A DNA stretch of 64,000 nt, from the NCBI GenBank assembly GCA_947499155.1, contig CANMND010000004.1, positions 76,633-140,632 of the forward strand, given 5' to 3'. A model generated the notes under the pieces. That model had not been told where the DNA came from. It saw only the letters and a list, made by a program, of their open reading frames with translations, and ran no database searches. A program made the translations under genes and the position numbers. The first letter of the stretch is position 1; each line of letters starts with the position of its first letter. This DNA is from an uncultured Sphingomonadales bacterium. Lineage in GTDB: Bacteria; Pseudomonadota; Alphaproteobacteria; Sphingomonadales; Rhodothalassiaceae. This document shows positions 30,771 to 43,392 of the stretch, in pieces.

Positions 30771-31598
30771 TCAGGCCGCTTTTTCCAGTCGCCGTTGGCG
30801 CCAACTTATGAACTGCCAGCTAAGACTGGAGGCAAAACCTGCAAATCGGCCATTGTGATTGAAATCAGCTGCGCGCAGAATCATCCGTACCGCATTATCG
30901 ATATGCTGTTTTTGATAGAGCCGCATGGCACCATGCCAATAGGCGGTAGAATTGGCCTTCATGTCATACTGAGCCTTGGGATTATTCGGCAGAACATTGG
31001 CGGCAAACCAGGCATAGGCCAACTCGTCGTCTTCAGCTTCCTGAACACGCCCTATGGCGATACGCAGCCTTCCCAATACACTTAGCTTTTTGCCAGCCTT
31101 GTATCGGTTCAGGTGTCTGTGGAACAATTGATAGTGGAAAAATTCATCAATGGCGATGCGACGGCAGACCTCTTTCAAAACAGGTTCGTCCGTATTGTCC
31201 CGAATGGCGGAATAAAAAGATGATGTCCCGGATTCCACAACACAGCGCGCAATCAACTCACCGGCAAGGCTTCCTCTTACGGAATCGGTGGCATCAAGCG
31301 GGATAGAATAGCCTTTGCGGAACAGTGCCAGGCTTTTCTCAAAAGAAAAGTCCGGGTCAGCCATTTCAGCCCAACGGGCGAGGGCAGCGCCATGTTGCGC
31401 TTCTTCTGCACCCCATTGCCGGGCCGCGTCCTGGAATTTGGGGTCATCGACAAAGATATTACACAGATAGGTGACATAATCAGCTGCGTTGGCTTCCACC
31501 AGCGCGGCTGCTTTCACAACATTTATCAGCTCAGCAGACAACCCGTCGGGCTGAAACCGGGACCAGTCGATTGAATCCAGTGTCCAATGTTGGGCCAT
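30771..31598 (-). CDS. ferritin-like di-iron carboxylate protein, function unknown
   Basis: 275 aa, all-helical looking, with two E-x-x-H motifs (GAEEAQHG and IDEFFHY) spaced as in di-iron oxygenase/desaturase-like four-helix bundles. Confidence 0.6.
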   Translation of the reverse strand: MAQHWTLDSIDWSRFQPDGLSAELINVVKAAALVEANAADYVTYLCNIFVDDPKFQDAARQWGAEEAQHGAALARWAEMADPDFSFEKSLALFRKGYSIPLDATDSVRGSLAGELIARCVVESGTSSFYSAIRDNTDEPVLKEVCRRIAIDEFFHYQLFHRHLNRYKAGKKLSVLGRLRIAIGRVQEAEDDELAYAWFAANVLPNNPKAQYDMKANSTAYWHGAMRLYQKQHIDNAVRMILRAADFNHNGRFAGFASSLSWQFISWRQRRLEKAA

Positions 31599-31633
31599 AT
31601 CTGTTACCCCGTCGTCTTAAAGTGACTTCTCAT

Positions 31634-31658
31634 TAAAAAAGCCGTGCCTGGGCACGAC
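31634..31658 (-). terminator. rho-independent terminator after atpC
   Basis: On the minus strand, a GTCGTGC-CCAG-GCACGGC stem-loop is followed by TTTTTT (plus-strand A-run 31635-31640). Confidence 0.65.
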
Positions 31659-31705
31659 TTTACAGCCTGAACTAGCTTTACGTCAAAATCATGCAGGGAA
31701 AGAGA

Positions 31706-32119
31706 TTATATACCGCGTGCAATGATATCCCGTAATGGACGCATCCAGGCAAGTGTGGCTTCAGCCCGCGCAGTTTCCAGCGCATCCCTGGCGGCCGTCA
31801 GATCTTCTTCTGCGTTGCGGATGTCCTGATCAAGGGCGGCAAGGCCCACTGTCTCCGGGTCGATGCTGTCCTCCGCCAGTACAACAAGACCATCTGCATT
31901 CACTTCGGCAAATCCGCCTTTTAAAAACAGAGTCTTTGGAGCCTGGTTTTCATCCTCAAACACCTGGATCAGTCCGGGGCGCAAAGTGGACATGAACGGC
32001 GCATGGCCGGGCAGTACACCGAACTCACCCTCAGTACCGGGCACAACAACATGTGCGGCCTCGACATCCATCAAAAGGCGTTCCGGGCTTACCAGTTCAA
32101 AGCTAAAACGCTCTGCCAT
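31706..32119 (-). CDS. atpC: F1 ATP synthase epsilon subunit
   Basis: 137 aa, last gene of atpHAGDC. Typical N-terminus (FELVSPERLL...VVVPGTEGEFGVLPGHAP). Confidence 0.9.
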   Translation of the reverse strand: MAERFSFELVSPERLLMDVEAAHVVVPGTEGEFGVLPGHAPFMSTLRPGLIQVFEDENQAPKTLFLKGGFAEVNADGLVVLAEDSIDPETVGLAALDQDIRNAEEDLTAARDALETARAEATLAWMRPLRDIIARGI

Positions 32120-32184
32120 GTGCGGGCATCTCCTGCGCTGGATCTCTGCCCTTAAATGACGGGCAGAGATTTGTGTTCGTCAAT

Positions 32185-33663
<1,479 letters not shown>

Positions 33664-34560
33664 CTAGAGCGCTTCGGCGCCCGAAATAATTTCGATCAGT
33701 TCCTTGGTAATCACGGCCTGACGGGTCCGGTTGTAGACAATGGTCAGGTTGTCGATCAGGTCGCCGGCATTTCTGGTGGCAGAATCCATGGCCGTCATGC
33801 GCGCACCTTGCTCTGACGCGGCATTCTCCAGAAGAGCCTTATAAACCTGCACCGATACGTTCCGAGGCAACAGATCATCAAGGATTGCCTCTTCATCGGG
33901 CTCATATTCGTAAATAGCGCCGCCACCTGCATCACTTGCGTCTTCAGCGCTGCCACCATGTTCAGCAAGCGGGACCGGAATAAGCTGTTGTTCCGTAGGT
34001 ATCTGGGTCAAGGCAGACTGGAAACGGGCATAAAACAGGACCGCAACATCAAAGACGCCTTCATCAAACATGACCCGCACGCGCTGTGCGATATCGGCGG
34101 CGTCGACAAATCCCAACTGCCGGATACCGGACATGTCGATGGTGTCCAGAATACGCCCAGGATAAAAGCGATTTAGCTGGGCGCGGCCTTTTTTGCCGAT
34201 GCAGAGAATTTTTACTTCTTTGCCATCAGCCAGAAGCTGATCGATACGCCGCTTTGCTGCGCGAACAATATTACTGTTGAAGCCGCCACACAGTCCGCGT
34301 TCGGACGTGGCGACAATCACCAGATAAGTGTCATCCTTGCCGTTTCCAACCAATAGGGGAGATGCGGTGTCCTGGGTGGAAACTGAGTCCCCCAGGGCAC
34401 GCATCACCTTTTCCATACGCTCGGCATATGGCCGGGCGGCTTCGGCGGCTTCCTGCGCTCTTCTTAGCTTGGAAGCGGCAACCATTTTCATCGCCTGCGT
34501 GATCTTTTGTGTCGATCTGACGCTGGCGATGCGATCCCTGAGATCCTTGAGACTGGCCAT
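33664..34560 (-). CDS. atpG: F1 ATP synthase gamma subunit
   Basis: MASLKDLRDRIASVRSTQKITQAMKMVAASKLRRAQ, the canonical gamma N-terminus. Confidence 0.95.
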   Translation of the reverse strand: MASLKDLRDRIASVRSTQKITQAMKMVAASKLRRAQEAAEAARPYAERMEKVMRALGDSVSTQDTASPLLVGNGKDDTYLVIVATSERGLCGGFNSNIVRAAKRRIDQLLADGKEVKILCIGKKGRAQLNRFYPGRILDTIDMSGIRQLGFVDAADIAQRVRVMFDEGVFDVAVLFYARFQSALTQIPTEQQLIPVPLAEHGGSAEDASDAGGGAIYEYEPDEEAILDDLLPRNVSVQVYKALLENAASEQGARMTAMDSATRNAGDLIDNLTIVYNRTRQAVITKELIEIISGAEAL

Positions 34561-34584
34561 TGCTGTCCTCTGCCGAAGCTTTAA

Positions 34585-36116
<1,532 letters not shown>

Positions 36117-36117
<1 letters not shown>

Positions 36118-36674
36118 CAAACCCCTTTCATGGCGCGTTCGAGACTGTCGAGTTTGGTAGCGATTGAACCGTCGATCATGCGAGATCCGAGTCGAACGAC
36201 AAGGCCACCAATCAGGCTGTCATCCACTCGCGCATCAAGTGCAACGTCACGTCCGGCTATCGCCTTCAATTTGGCCGTCAAGGCCGTCATTTGTGTTTTA
36301 TTCAATGGTCTGGCGGATGTTACCACCGCCGTCTCCTCGCCCTTGTGAGCGGCAAGGAGGGTCTTAAAGTCACGAATGGTTGTTGCCAGAATATTCAGTC
36401 TGCGATTTCTGGCAAGCACACCAAGGAAATTTTTTGTCAACCCGGACAAGGACATATCGTCAGCCAGAGCTGCTAGAGCCTGTCCATGCTGGGCGCGACC
36501 AAGTACAGGAGAATGCACGATGTACGTGAATTCTTTGCTGTCAGCCAGCAATGCTTTCAAGCGTTCAAGATCGGCATCAACCGTCTCCACGGACTTTTGG
36601 TCAATGGCGAGCGCAAACAGCGCTTTTGCATATCTGCCGGACAGTCCGGAAACTATCGCTTTCTCTGCGGGCAA
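36117..36674 (-). CDS. atpH: F1 ATP synthase delta (OSCP) subunit
   Basis: Conserved [15 protein letters not shown] start region and its position before atpA. The listed 224-aa ORF is about 40 aa longer than typical delta subunits. TTG 36674 is proposed as the start, with low certainty. Confidence 0.8.
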
Positions 36675-36924
36675 GGTGCTGATCCTTGTTGGGAAATCCG
36701 ATTTGCCGGGAATGTAGGCTGGTTCGATGTCGAAAAAGCGGAGCGTTGGAATCGCCCGTTCAGTCAACACCGCCTCCATCCAGGCGCGCACCCCTTAGCA
36801 CAGGGGTTTTTGGTGTGCAAGCAAGGCGCGTCCGAATCTTGTTTCCAGACACAAAAAAGACACCAGATCTTCCTGAAAATTCACTGATGTCGCCGGAATG
36901 CTCCGACTTTGATCTCTTATAGTC

Positions 36925-39684
36925 TCAAAGAGCACCATGGCAGTGCTTGTATTTCTTGCCCGAGCCGCAAGGGCAAGGCGTGTTGCGAGAAATGCGTCCC
37001 CATGTAGCAGGATTGTTGGGGTCGACTTCATCTGCAGGGCGACGGGCAGCGACAGTGCCGCCTGCATTCACGACCTGCCCGCCAGCAGCAGCTGCAGCCG
37101 CACGGGAAGGTGCCGCTGCTCCTGCCATTGCCATGTCATCGGGCGGTGAGGGGTGGTGGGCTTCCATTTGCTGAGGCGGACGCGGATCTTGTGGTGCGTC
37201 AGGGCGCTGCAACTCGACCTGACTTAACATCTGGGTCACAGTTTCACGCACATGGCCCAGCATGGCTTCGAACATGGCAAAGGCTTCGGTTTTGTATTCA
37301 TTGAGAGGGTCACGCTGTGCCATGGCCCGCAGATTAACCGCCTGGCGCAGATAATCGAGATTGCCCAGATGGTCTTTCCATTCCTGGTCGATCACCTGCA
37401 GCAACAGGCTTTTTTCCACCTGCCGCCAGATATCAGGACCATAGCGGCTGGCTTTTTCTGCCATCCGGCTATTGGCCTTGTTCTCCAGTCGGTCGGTCAG
37501 GACTTCTGCATCAATGCCTTCTTCCGCGGCCCAGTCAATAAAGGGCAGGTCGAGTCCGAAGACACGCTTTACCTCGACCCTGAGTCCTGCCGTATCCCAT
37601 TGTTCCGGGTAGGCTTTGGGCGGGATATGTGCGTCCACCAGAGCATAGATGGTCTCTTCGCGCATGGCCTTGATTGTCTCGGATACATCCTCTGCATCCA
37701 TAACTTCATGGCGCTGGTCGAAAATGACCTTGCGCTGGTCATTCATCACATCGTCAAATTTCAGAACGTGTTTGCGCATATCGAAATTGCGCGCTTCCAC
37801 TTTCTGCTGTGCTTTTTCAATAGCCCGGTTAAGCCAGGGGTGCGTAATGGCTTCGCCTTCTTCAATGCCGAGCTTGACGAGAACAGCATCCATGCGCTCT
37901 GGTCCAAAAATCCGCATCATGTCGTCTTGAAGGGACAGATAGAATTTCGATGTCCCCGGATCACCTTGTCGTCCTGAACGACCGCGCAACTGATTGTCAA
38001 TGCGTCGCGATTCGTGGCGTTCGGTTCCCATGACATAAAGGCCACCGGCTTCCAGAACTTTCAGGCGTTCTTCTTCAACTTCACGTGTAATGCGCTCTAT
38101 GGCTTCTGCCCGTTTTGCATCATCTGCAATGTCGGAGGTCTCGGTGGCAATGCGCATCTCAAGATTACCGCCAAGCTGAATATCGGTTCCGCGTCCGGCC
38201 ATATTCGTGGCAATGGTGACGGCGCCAAGACGCCCAGCCTGGGCCACAATGCTGGCTTCCTGCTCGTGATAGCGCGCGTTCAGCACATTGTGTTTGATCT
38301 TTCTTTTCTTAAGCAGGGCCGACAGATGTTCTGATTTTTCAATCGACACAGTACCGACAAGGATCGGCTGGCCGCGCTCGCGACACCCACGAATCTCTTC
38401 CACGATCGCATTGTCTTTTTCGGCAGCGGTTCGGTAAAATTCGTCATGCTCGTCTTTACGGCGAATTGGCTTGTTGGTGGGTATCACCACCACATCGAGA
38501 TTATAGATCTCGGCAAATTCAGCGGCTTCTGTCGCGGCTGTCCCGGTCATGCCGGCAAGTTTTGGGTACATGCGGAAGTAATTCTGGAAGGTGATGGACG
38601 CCAGAGTCTGGTTTTCCGACTGGATTTCGACGCCTTCCTTTGCTTCCACTGCCTGATGCAGGCCACCGGACCAGCGCCGGCCGGGCATCATGCGTCCCGT
38701 GAACTCGTCGATGATCATCACCTTGCCGTCTTTTACGATATAATCGGTATCGCGTTCGAACATCCGGCGCGCGCGCAGAGCCTGATCCACATGATGGACG
38801 ATAGCGGTGTTTTCATAATCGTAAAGATTGTCGCCCTTTAGCAGATTCTGTTCACGCAAGATTTCTTCGATTCGGATCGCACCGCTTTCCGTCAGGGCAA
38901 TGGTCTTGTTCTTTTCGTCTTTTTCATAATGTTCGTCTTCAAGGCGGTTCACCAGCCGGTCCACCTTGAGATACAGATCCGACTTGTCTTCCGTGGGGCC
39001 TGAGATAATCAGGGGCGTGCGTGCTTCATCGATCAGAATCGAATCGACTTCATCGACAATGGCGAAATTGAAGGGTCTTTGCACCATCTGGTCGAGACGG
39101 TATTTCATGTTGTCGCGCAGATAATCAAAGCCGAATTCGTTATTGGTGCCATAGGTGATGTCAGCGGCATAGGCGGCCTTGCGCTGTTCATCTTCTATCC
39201 CATGCACAACAACGCCGACGGATAGCCCAAGGCGCTCATAAACCTTGCCCATCCAATCCGCATCGCGGCTGGCGAGATAATCATTGACCGTCACAATATG
39301 GACGCCCTTGCCTTCCAGGGCATTCAAGTACGCTGCAAGTGTCGAGACCAGGGTCTTGCCCTCACCGGTACGCATTTCTGCGATATCACCGTGGTGCAGA
39401 ACCATGCCGCCAACCATCTGGACATCAAAGTGGCGCAGGCCAAGACTCCGCTTTGCGGCCTCACGAACTGTCGCAAAAGCTTCTGACATCAGACTGTCGA
39501 GCGTTTCACCTTTTGCAAGGCGTTCACGAAAATGATCCGTCTGACTCTTCAATGCGTCGTCGGACAGGGCTGACATATCCTGTTCCAGAGCATTGATGGC
39601 CTCTACCTTGTCCATCATCGCTTTGACGAGACGGTCATTGCGCGAGCCGAATACCTTTTTGGCAAGAGCGCCGAAACCTAACAT
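36925..39684 (-). CDS. secA: preprotein translocase ATPase SecA
   Basis: 919 aa. [10 protein letters not shown] Walker A, DEAD-like motor blocks, and a C-terminal zinc-binding tail [14 protein letters not shown]. Confidence 0.95.
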   Translation of the reverse strand: MLGFGALAKKVFGSRNDRLVKAMMDKVEAINALEQDMSALSDDALKSQTDHFRERLAKGETLDSLMSEAFATVREAAKRSLGLRHFDVQMVGGMVLHHGDIAEMRTGEGKTLVSTLAAYLNALEGKGVHIVTVNDYLASRDADWMGKVYERLGLSVGVVVHGIEDEQRKAAYAADITYGTNNEFGFDYLRDNMKYRLDQMVQRPFNFAIVDEVDSILIDEARTPLIISGPTEDKSDLYLKVDRLVNRLEDEHYEKDEKNKTIALTESGAIRIEEILREQNLLKGDNLYDYENTAIVHHVDQALRARRMFERDTDYIVKDGKVMIIDEFTGRMMPGRRWSGGLHQAVEAKEGVEIQSENQTLASITFQNYFRMYPKLAGMTGTAATEAAEFAEIYNLDVVVIPTNKPIRRKDEHDEFYRTAAEKDNAIVEEIRGCRERGQPILVGTVSIEKSEHLSALLKKRKIKHNVLNARYHEQEASIVAQAGRLGAVTIATNMAGRGTDIQLGGNLEMRIATETSDIADDAKRAEAIERITREVEEERLKVLEAGGLYVMGTERHESRRIDNQLRGRSGRQGDPGTSKFYLSLQDDMMRIFGPERMDAVLVKLGIEEGEAITHPWLNRAIEKAQQKVEARNFDMRKHVLKFDDVMNDQRKVIFDQRHEVMDAEDVSETIKAMREETIYALVDAHIPPKAYPEQWDTAGLRVEVKRVFGLDLPFIDWAAEEGIDAEVLTDRLENKANSRMAEKASRYGPDIWRQVEKSLLLQVIDQEWKDHLGNLDYLRQAVNLRAMAQRDPLNEYKTEAFAMFEAMLGHVRETVTQMLSQVELQRPDAPQDPRPPQQMEAHHPSPPDDMAMAGAAAPSRAAAAAAGGQVVNAGGTVAARRPADEVDPNNPATWGRISRNTPCPCGSGKKYKHCHGAL

Positions 39685-39965
39685 GCATTACCCCTTAAGA
39701 GAGCGGCCCCCGATAGCGTCCGCGTCATGTGACTATATATTAACCGCGCCTGCTTTCTGATCTGACACGCCCTCATCTTCATATTCAGATTGTGGAGATA
39801 AGCGGGGCACAAGGCACTGTCAACCGAGCGCGTACATCTGATTATGCCTTCCGCCTTCCCTGAACAGGGCAAAATCGATTATCAGATGGTCCTGATGGGG
39901 CCGCTTTGTTGCTTTTGAACCGGTCTGTTCTATAAGGATCGGTCCGTTTTATAAAGGTTAGTGTG

Positions 39966-41204
39966 ATGGCATTGTTAAAACCTTCTCCGCTTGCTCCTGC
40001 GTGTTTTCCTGACTTGCCTGCTGTCCCCGGCATTGAGATTGCTACAGCCCAGACTGGCATGCGTTACAAGGGCCGTCCCGATCTTCTGGCAGTGCGCGCG
40101 GTCAAGAATTGCGCCGCTGCAGGTGTTTTTACCCGCTCAGGCATGCCGTCAGCTCCTGTCATATGGTCACGGAATGCTCTTGTTGCCAGTGGGGGCCGGG
40201 CTTGCGGCATTGTTGTTAATGCCGGAAACGCCAATGCCTTCACCGGTGCAGATGGTGACGAAGCCGCCGCTGATACCGCGCGCCATTACGGAAACCTTCT
40301 TGGCGTTCCGGAAGAGCACATCCTGCTGGCATCAACCGGGGTGATCGGCGAGCCGCTTGATCCCAAGCCGATTCTGGCGGCAATGCCGGACTTGCAATTC
40401 GGTGATAAAGACTGGAAGGCTGCAGCGCAGGCAATCGGGACCACAGATACCTTTCTTAAAGGTGCAGGGCGCAAGGCCCGGATCGACGACGATACTGTGA
40501 TCTTGAGCGGTATTGCCAAGGGGTCCGGGATGATCCAGCCGGACATGGCCACCATGCTGGCTTTTGTTTTCACCAATGCAGCAATACAGCCCAATGTCTT
40601 GCAGGACCTGCTGCGTGAGGCGGTGGATCAGTCATTTAACGCTATTACCGTTGATTCTGACACATCAACCAGTGACACGGTTTTGATGCTGGCGACGGGC
40701 ACGGATGTGAGTCACCAGATGGTTACCCGTGCTGATGATCCCCGAATCGCTGATTTTCGTGAGGCATTGGCCGATCTCACCCGCGATCTGGCTCATCAGG
40801 TGGTGCGTGACGGTGAAGGGGCGACCAAGTTTATTACGATCACTGTCGAGGGGGCCAAGAGTGGTGCATCGGCAAAAAAGATCGGCTTTGCCATTGCCAA
40901 TTCACCCCTGATCAAAACCGCCATTGCCGGTCAGGACCCCAATTGGGGGCGCATTGTCATGGCCGTCGGGAAATCCGGTGAACCGGCAGACCGTGACCGG
41001 CTGCGAATCTGGCTGGGGGATCAGCTTGTGGCGGAAAACGGCAGACGCCATTCCGCTTATGAAGAAGCGGTGGCTGCTGAACATATGAAGGGGGCGGAGA
41101 TTTCTATCAGGCTGGATCTGGGTGTCGGTGACGGTCAGGCTACCGTTTGGACCTGTGACCTTACCCATGGCTACATTTCCATCAACGCCGATTACCGCAG
41201 CTGA
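39966..41204 (+). CDS. argJ: bifunctional ornithine acetyltransferase / N-acetylglutamate synthase
   Basis: ArgJ autoprocessing site (PDMATMLAFVFTNA) and conserved blocks. ATG 39966 lies directly after GTG 39963. Confidence 0.9.
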   Translation: MALLKPSPLAPACFPDLPAVPGIEIATAQTGMRYKGRPDLLAVRAVKNCAAAGVFTRSGMPSAPVIWSRNALVASGGRACGIVVNAGNANAFTGADGDEAAADTARHYGNLLGVPEEHILLASTGVIGEPLDPKPILAAMPDLQFGDKDWKAAAQAIGTTDTFLKGAGRKARIDDDTVILSGIAKGSGMIQPDMATMLAFVFTNAAIQPNVLQDLLREAVDQSFNAITVDSDTSTSDTVLMLATGTDVSHQMVTRADDPRIADFREALADLTRDLAHQVVRDGEGATKFITITVEGAKSGASAKKIGFAIANSPLIKTAIAGQDPNWGRIVMAVGKSGEPADRDRLRIWLGDQLVAENGRRHSAYEEAVAAEHMKGAEISIRLDLGVGDGQATVWTCDLTHGYISINADYRS

Positions 41205-41412
41205 CGCTGGAAACAGGAAGGGGACGAGGAGGCGGCACGGCTTGCCGGGTCTTGGGCATATGTTGCCGTAATTTTTGCGATCAGGAGTGGAATTGGTGCA
41301 GGATTTTGCAGTGAATAAAGGCGCAAGTCCTTAACCTCAGCCAGATCTGTCTGTCTGGCACGGTCCTTGAATAGCGGGGGTACGTTCCTTGCACGTTCAT
41401 GGGAGACCAGAC

Positions 41413-41616
41413 ATGACAACCACATCAGACGCTTATCTTACTCTTTTGGAACAGGTGGAGTGCGCGCTTGCTGAAGCACTTGATTCTGGCAAGGTCCCTG
41501 AGGATCATCATCAGCATGATGAACTTGTGTCCATGCGCTATGAGGTGGCAGTGGTGAAGCGGGCGATGCAACGCCGCCAATCCTCGGCTGATACGCAGCA
41601 GATGGTGGCAAATTGA
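41413..41616 (+). CDS. small hypothetical protein (67 aa)
   Basis: ATG 41413 is preceded by GGGAGA. Helical, His/Glu-rich, with no recognisable motif. Coding status uncertain. Confidence 0.35.
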   Translation: MTTTSDAYLTLLEQVECALAEALDSGKVPEDHHQHDELVSMRYEVAVVKRAMQRRQSSADTQQMVAN

Positions 41617-41643
41617 TAAGAGCGCTGATTGTTGGATAGGGTG

Positions 41644-41844
41644 TCAGTTGCTGTCCGGCATTTTGTCGGAAGCAGTTTCCACATTGCTTGACAAGGCGTT
41701 GAAACTGTCAATGGCATTGCTACCGAACAGGCTGGCTACGGCGATGATAACAATCGACATGACGCCCAGAATAAGGCCATATTCCAACATGGTGGCCCCG
41801 CAGCGGTCACGGATTAGCCGGGGAAAAAGTTTCAGCCGGTGCAT
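41644..41844 (-). CDS. Flp/Fap-family type IVb pilin (orphan)
   Basis: Leader followed by the Flp motif G-ATMLEYGLILGVMSIVIIAV. 66 aa. No tad/cpa genes in the window. Confidence 0.8.
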   Translation of the reverse strand: MHRLKLFPRLIRDRCGATMLEYGLILGVMSIVIIAVASLFGSNAIDSFNALSSNVETASDKMPDSN

Positions 41845-41976
41845 GGGGTGCTCCTGTTCCTGATCACCCGCAAGTGTGATGTGAAATTCTTTCGCAGGAG
41901 TTAATGCTGCAATTGTCGCAAAATGCGACTCATGTTAGAACCCGCCCTGCCTTGGTGACCTGTTGGTAAAATTTCC

Positions 41977-42435
41977 ATGAACGTACAATCTGATTTCAGC
42001 CCGTGTCCCGAACGCCCAGTCAGGCCTGATGCCGGCCTGCCTATTGTCCATGTGGCTGCCGCAGCCCTCGTTGATGGTGATGGGCGTGTCCTGATCCAGC
42101 AAAGGAAACAGGGAAAAGCCATGGCGGGGCTGTGGGAATTTCCGGGTGGAAAGATAGAGCCTTCTGAAATCCCGGAAGCGGCCTTGCGCCGCGAGCTGTA
42201 TGAGGAACTGGGCATTGATGTCTGTGTTTCTTGCATGATGCCGTTCAGCTTTGCATCCCATTCCTATGACAGCTTTCACTTGGTGATGCCGTTATTTGTC
42301 ATCCGCAATTGGGACGGCGTACCCCGCCCGCTGGCGGCGGCTGACCTTAAATGGGTACGGGCGCCAAGGCTTGGGGACTTCCCCATGCCGGATGCGGACA
42401 AGCCACTGGTTTCCATATTGCAGGATTATCTGTGA
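41977..42435 (+). CDS. mutT: Nudix hydrolase, MutT-like 8-oxo-dGTP diphosphatase
   Basis: Nudix box GLWEFPGGKIEPSEIPEAALRRELYEELGI. ~150 aa. Confidence 0.8.
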   Translation: MNVQSDFSPCPERPVRPDAGLPIVHVAAAALVDGDGRVLIQQRKQGKAMAGLWEFPGGKIEPSEIPEAALRRELYEELGIDVCVSCMMPFSFASHSYDSFHLVMPLFVIRNWDGVPRPLAAADLKWVRAPRLGDFPMPDADKPLVSILQDYL

Positions 42436-42442
42436 CCGGGAC

Positions 42443-43057
42443 CTAAAATCGCCTGCGGGCATTAAGGGCAGCGGCAAGGGTACCATCATCAAGATAGTCC
42501 AGTTCACCCCCAACCGGCAGGCCGTGGGCAAGGGCTGTCACTTCCACTCCCAGCGGCTCCAGTATATCGGTGATATAATGGGCTGTTGTCTGTCCGGCAG
42601 CGGTGGCATTGAGCGCCAGAATAACTTCACGTACGTCAGAACCTGCGGCCCGAATTTTTAATTGACCGATACTGAGGTCTTCCGGCCCCACCCCGTCCAG
42701 CGCCGATAATGTGCCGCCCAGTACATGGTATCGTCCGCGAAAAAGGCCGGCCCGCTCCAGCGCCCACAGGTCTGCCACATCTTCCACAACGCAGATAAGA
42801 CTATTGTCCCGGCGCTGGTCGCGGCAGATGGCGCACGGATCTGATGTATCGGCATTGCCGCACTGACTGCATAAGGAAATGGTATCGGCCACATCCATCA
42901 GGGCCTGGGCCAAAGGCTGCATCAGGCCTTCGCGTTTTTTAATGAGATGAAGAACCGCCCGACGCGCCGAACGGGGGCCAAGGCCGGGCAGCTTGGAAAG
43001 CAGCCGGATCAGGCCATCGATATCGGCAGGAGCAGCATTCGGGGGCAGGTCTGTCAT
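42443..43057 (-). CDS. recR: recombination protein RecR
   Basis: HhH region ([11 protein letters not shown]), a Cys4 zinc finger ([16 protein letters not shown]) and a Toprim domain. Confidence 0.95.
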   Translation of the reverse strand: MTDLPPNAAPADIDGLIRLLSKLPGLGPRSARRAVLHLIKKREGLMQPLAQALMDVADTISLCSQCGNADTSDPCAICRDQRRDNSLICVVEDVADLWALERAGLFRGRYHVLGGTLSALDGVGPEDLSIGQLKIRAAGSDVREVILALNATAAGQTTAHYITDILEPLGVEVTALAHGLPVGGELDYLDDGTLAAALNARRRF

Positions 43058-43068
43058 AATGAAGCGCC

Positions 43069-43392
43069 CTAGAACGGCAGTTGCATGCCTTCAGGCAAAT
43101 TCAGGCCGCCCGTGATCTTTTTCATTTCTTCCTGGCTGCGCTCTTGTGCCTTGCCACGGGCCTCATGATGAGCGGCCTTGATCAGGTCTTCCAGAATTTC
43201 CACCTCGTCAGGCTTCATCAAAGTGGGGTCGATGGATACGCCCACAAGGTCACCCTTGGCGGACATGCGAACGGTTACAAGACCCCCACCAGAGTGGCCT
43301 TCCACCTCGATCAGGTCGAGAGCGCGTTGCATCTCGGCCATTTTCTCTTGCATCTGCTGTGCCTGTTTGAGCATCTGGCCCAGATTTTTCAT
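43069..43392 (-). CDS. ybaB: YbaB/EbfC nucleoid-associated protein
   Basis: 107 aa, [22 protein letters not shown]... The conserved dnaX-ybaB-recR order. Confidence 0.9.
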   Translation of the reverse strand: MKNLGQMLKQAQQMQEKMAEMQRALDLIEVEGHSGGGLVTVRMSAKGDLVGVSIDPTLMKPDEVEILEDLIKAAHHEARGKAQERSQEEMKKITGGLNLPEGMQLPF

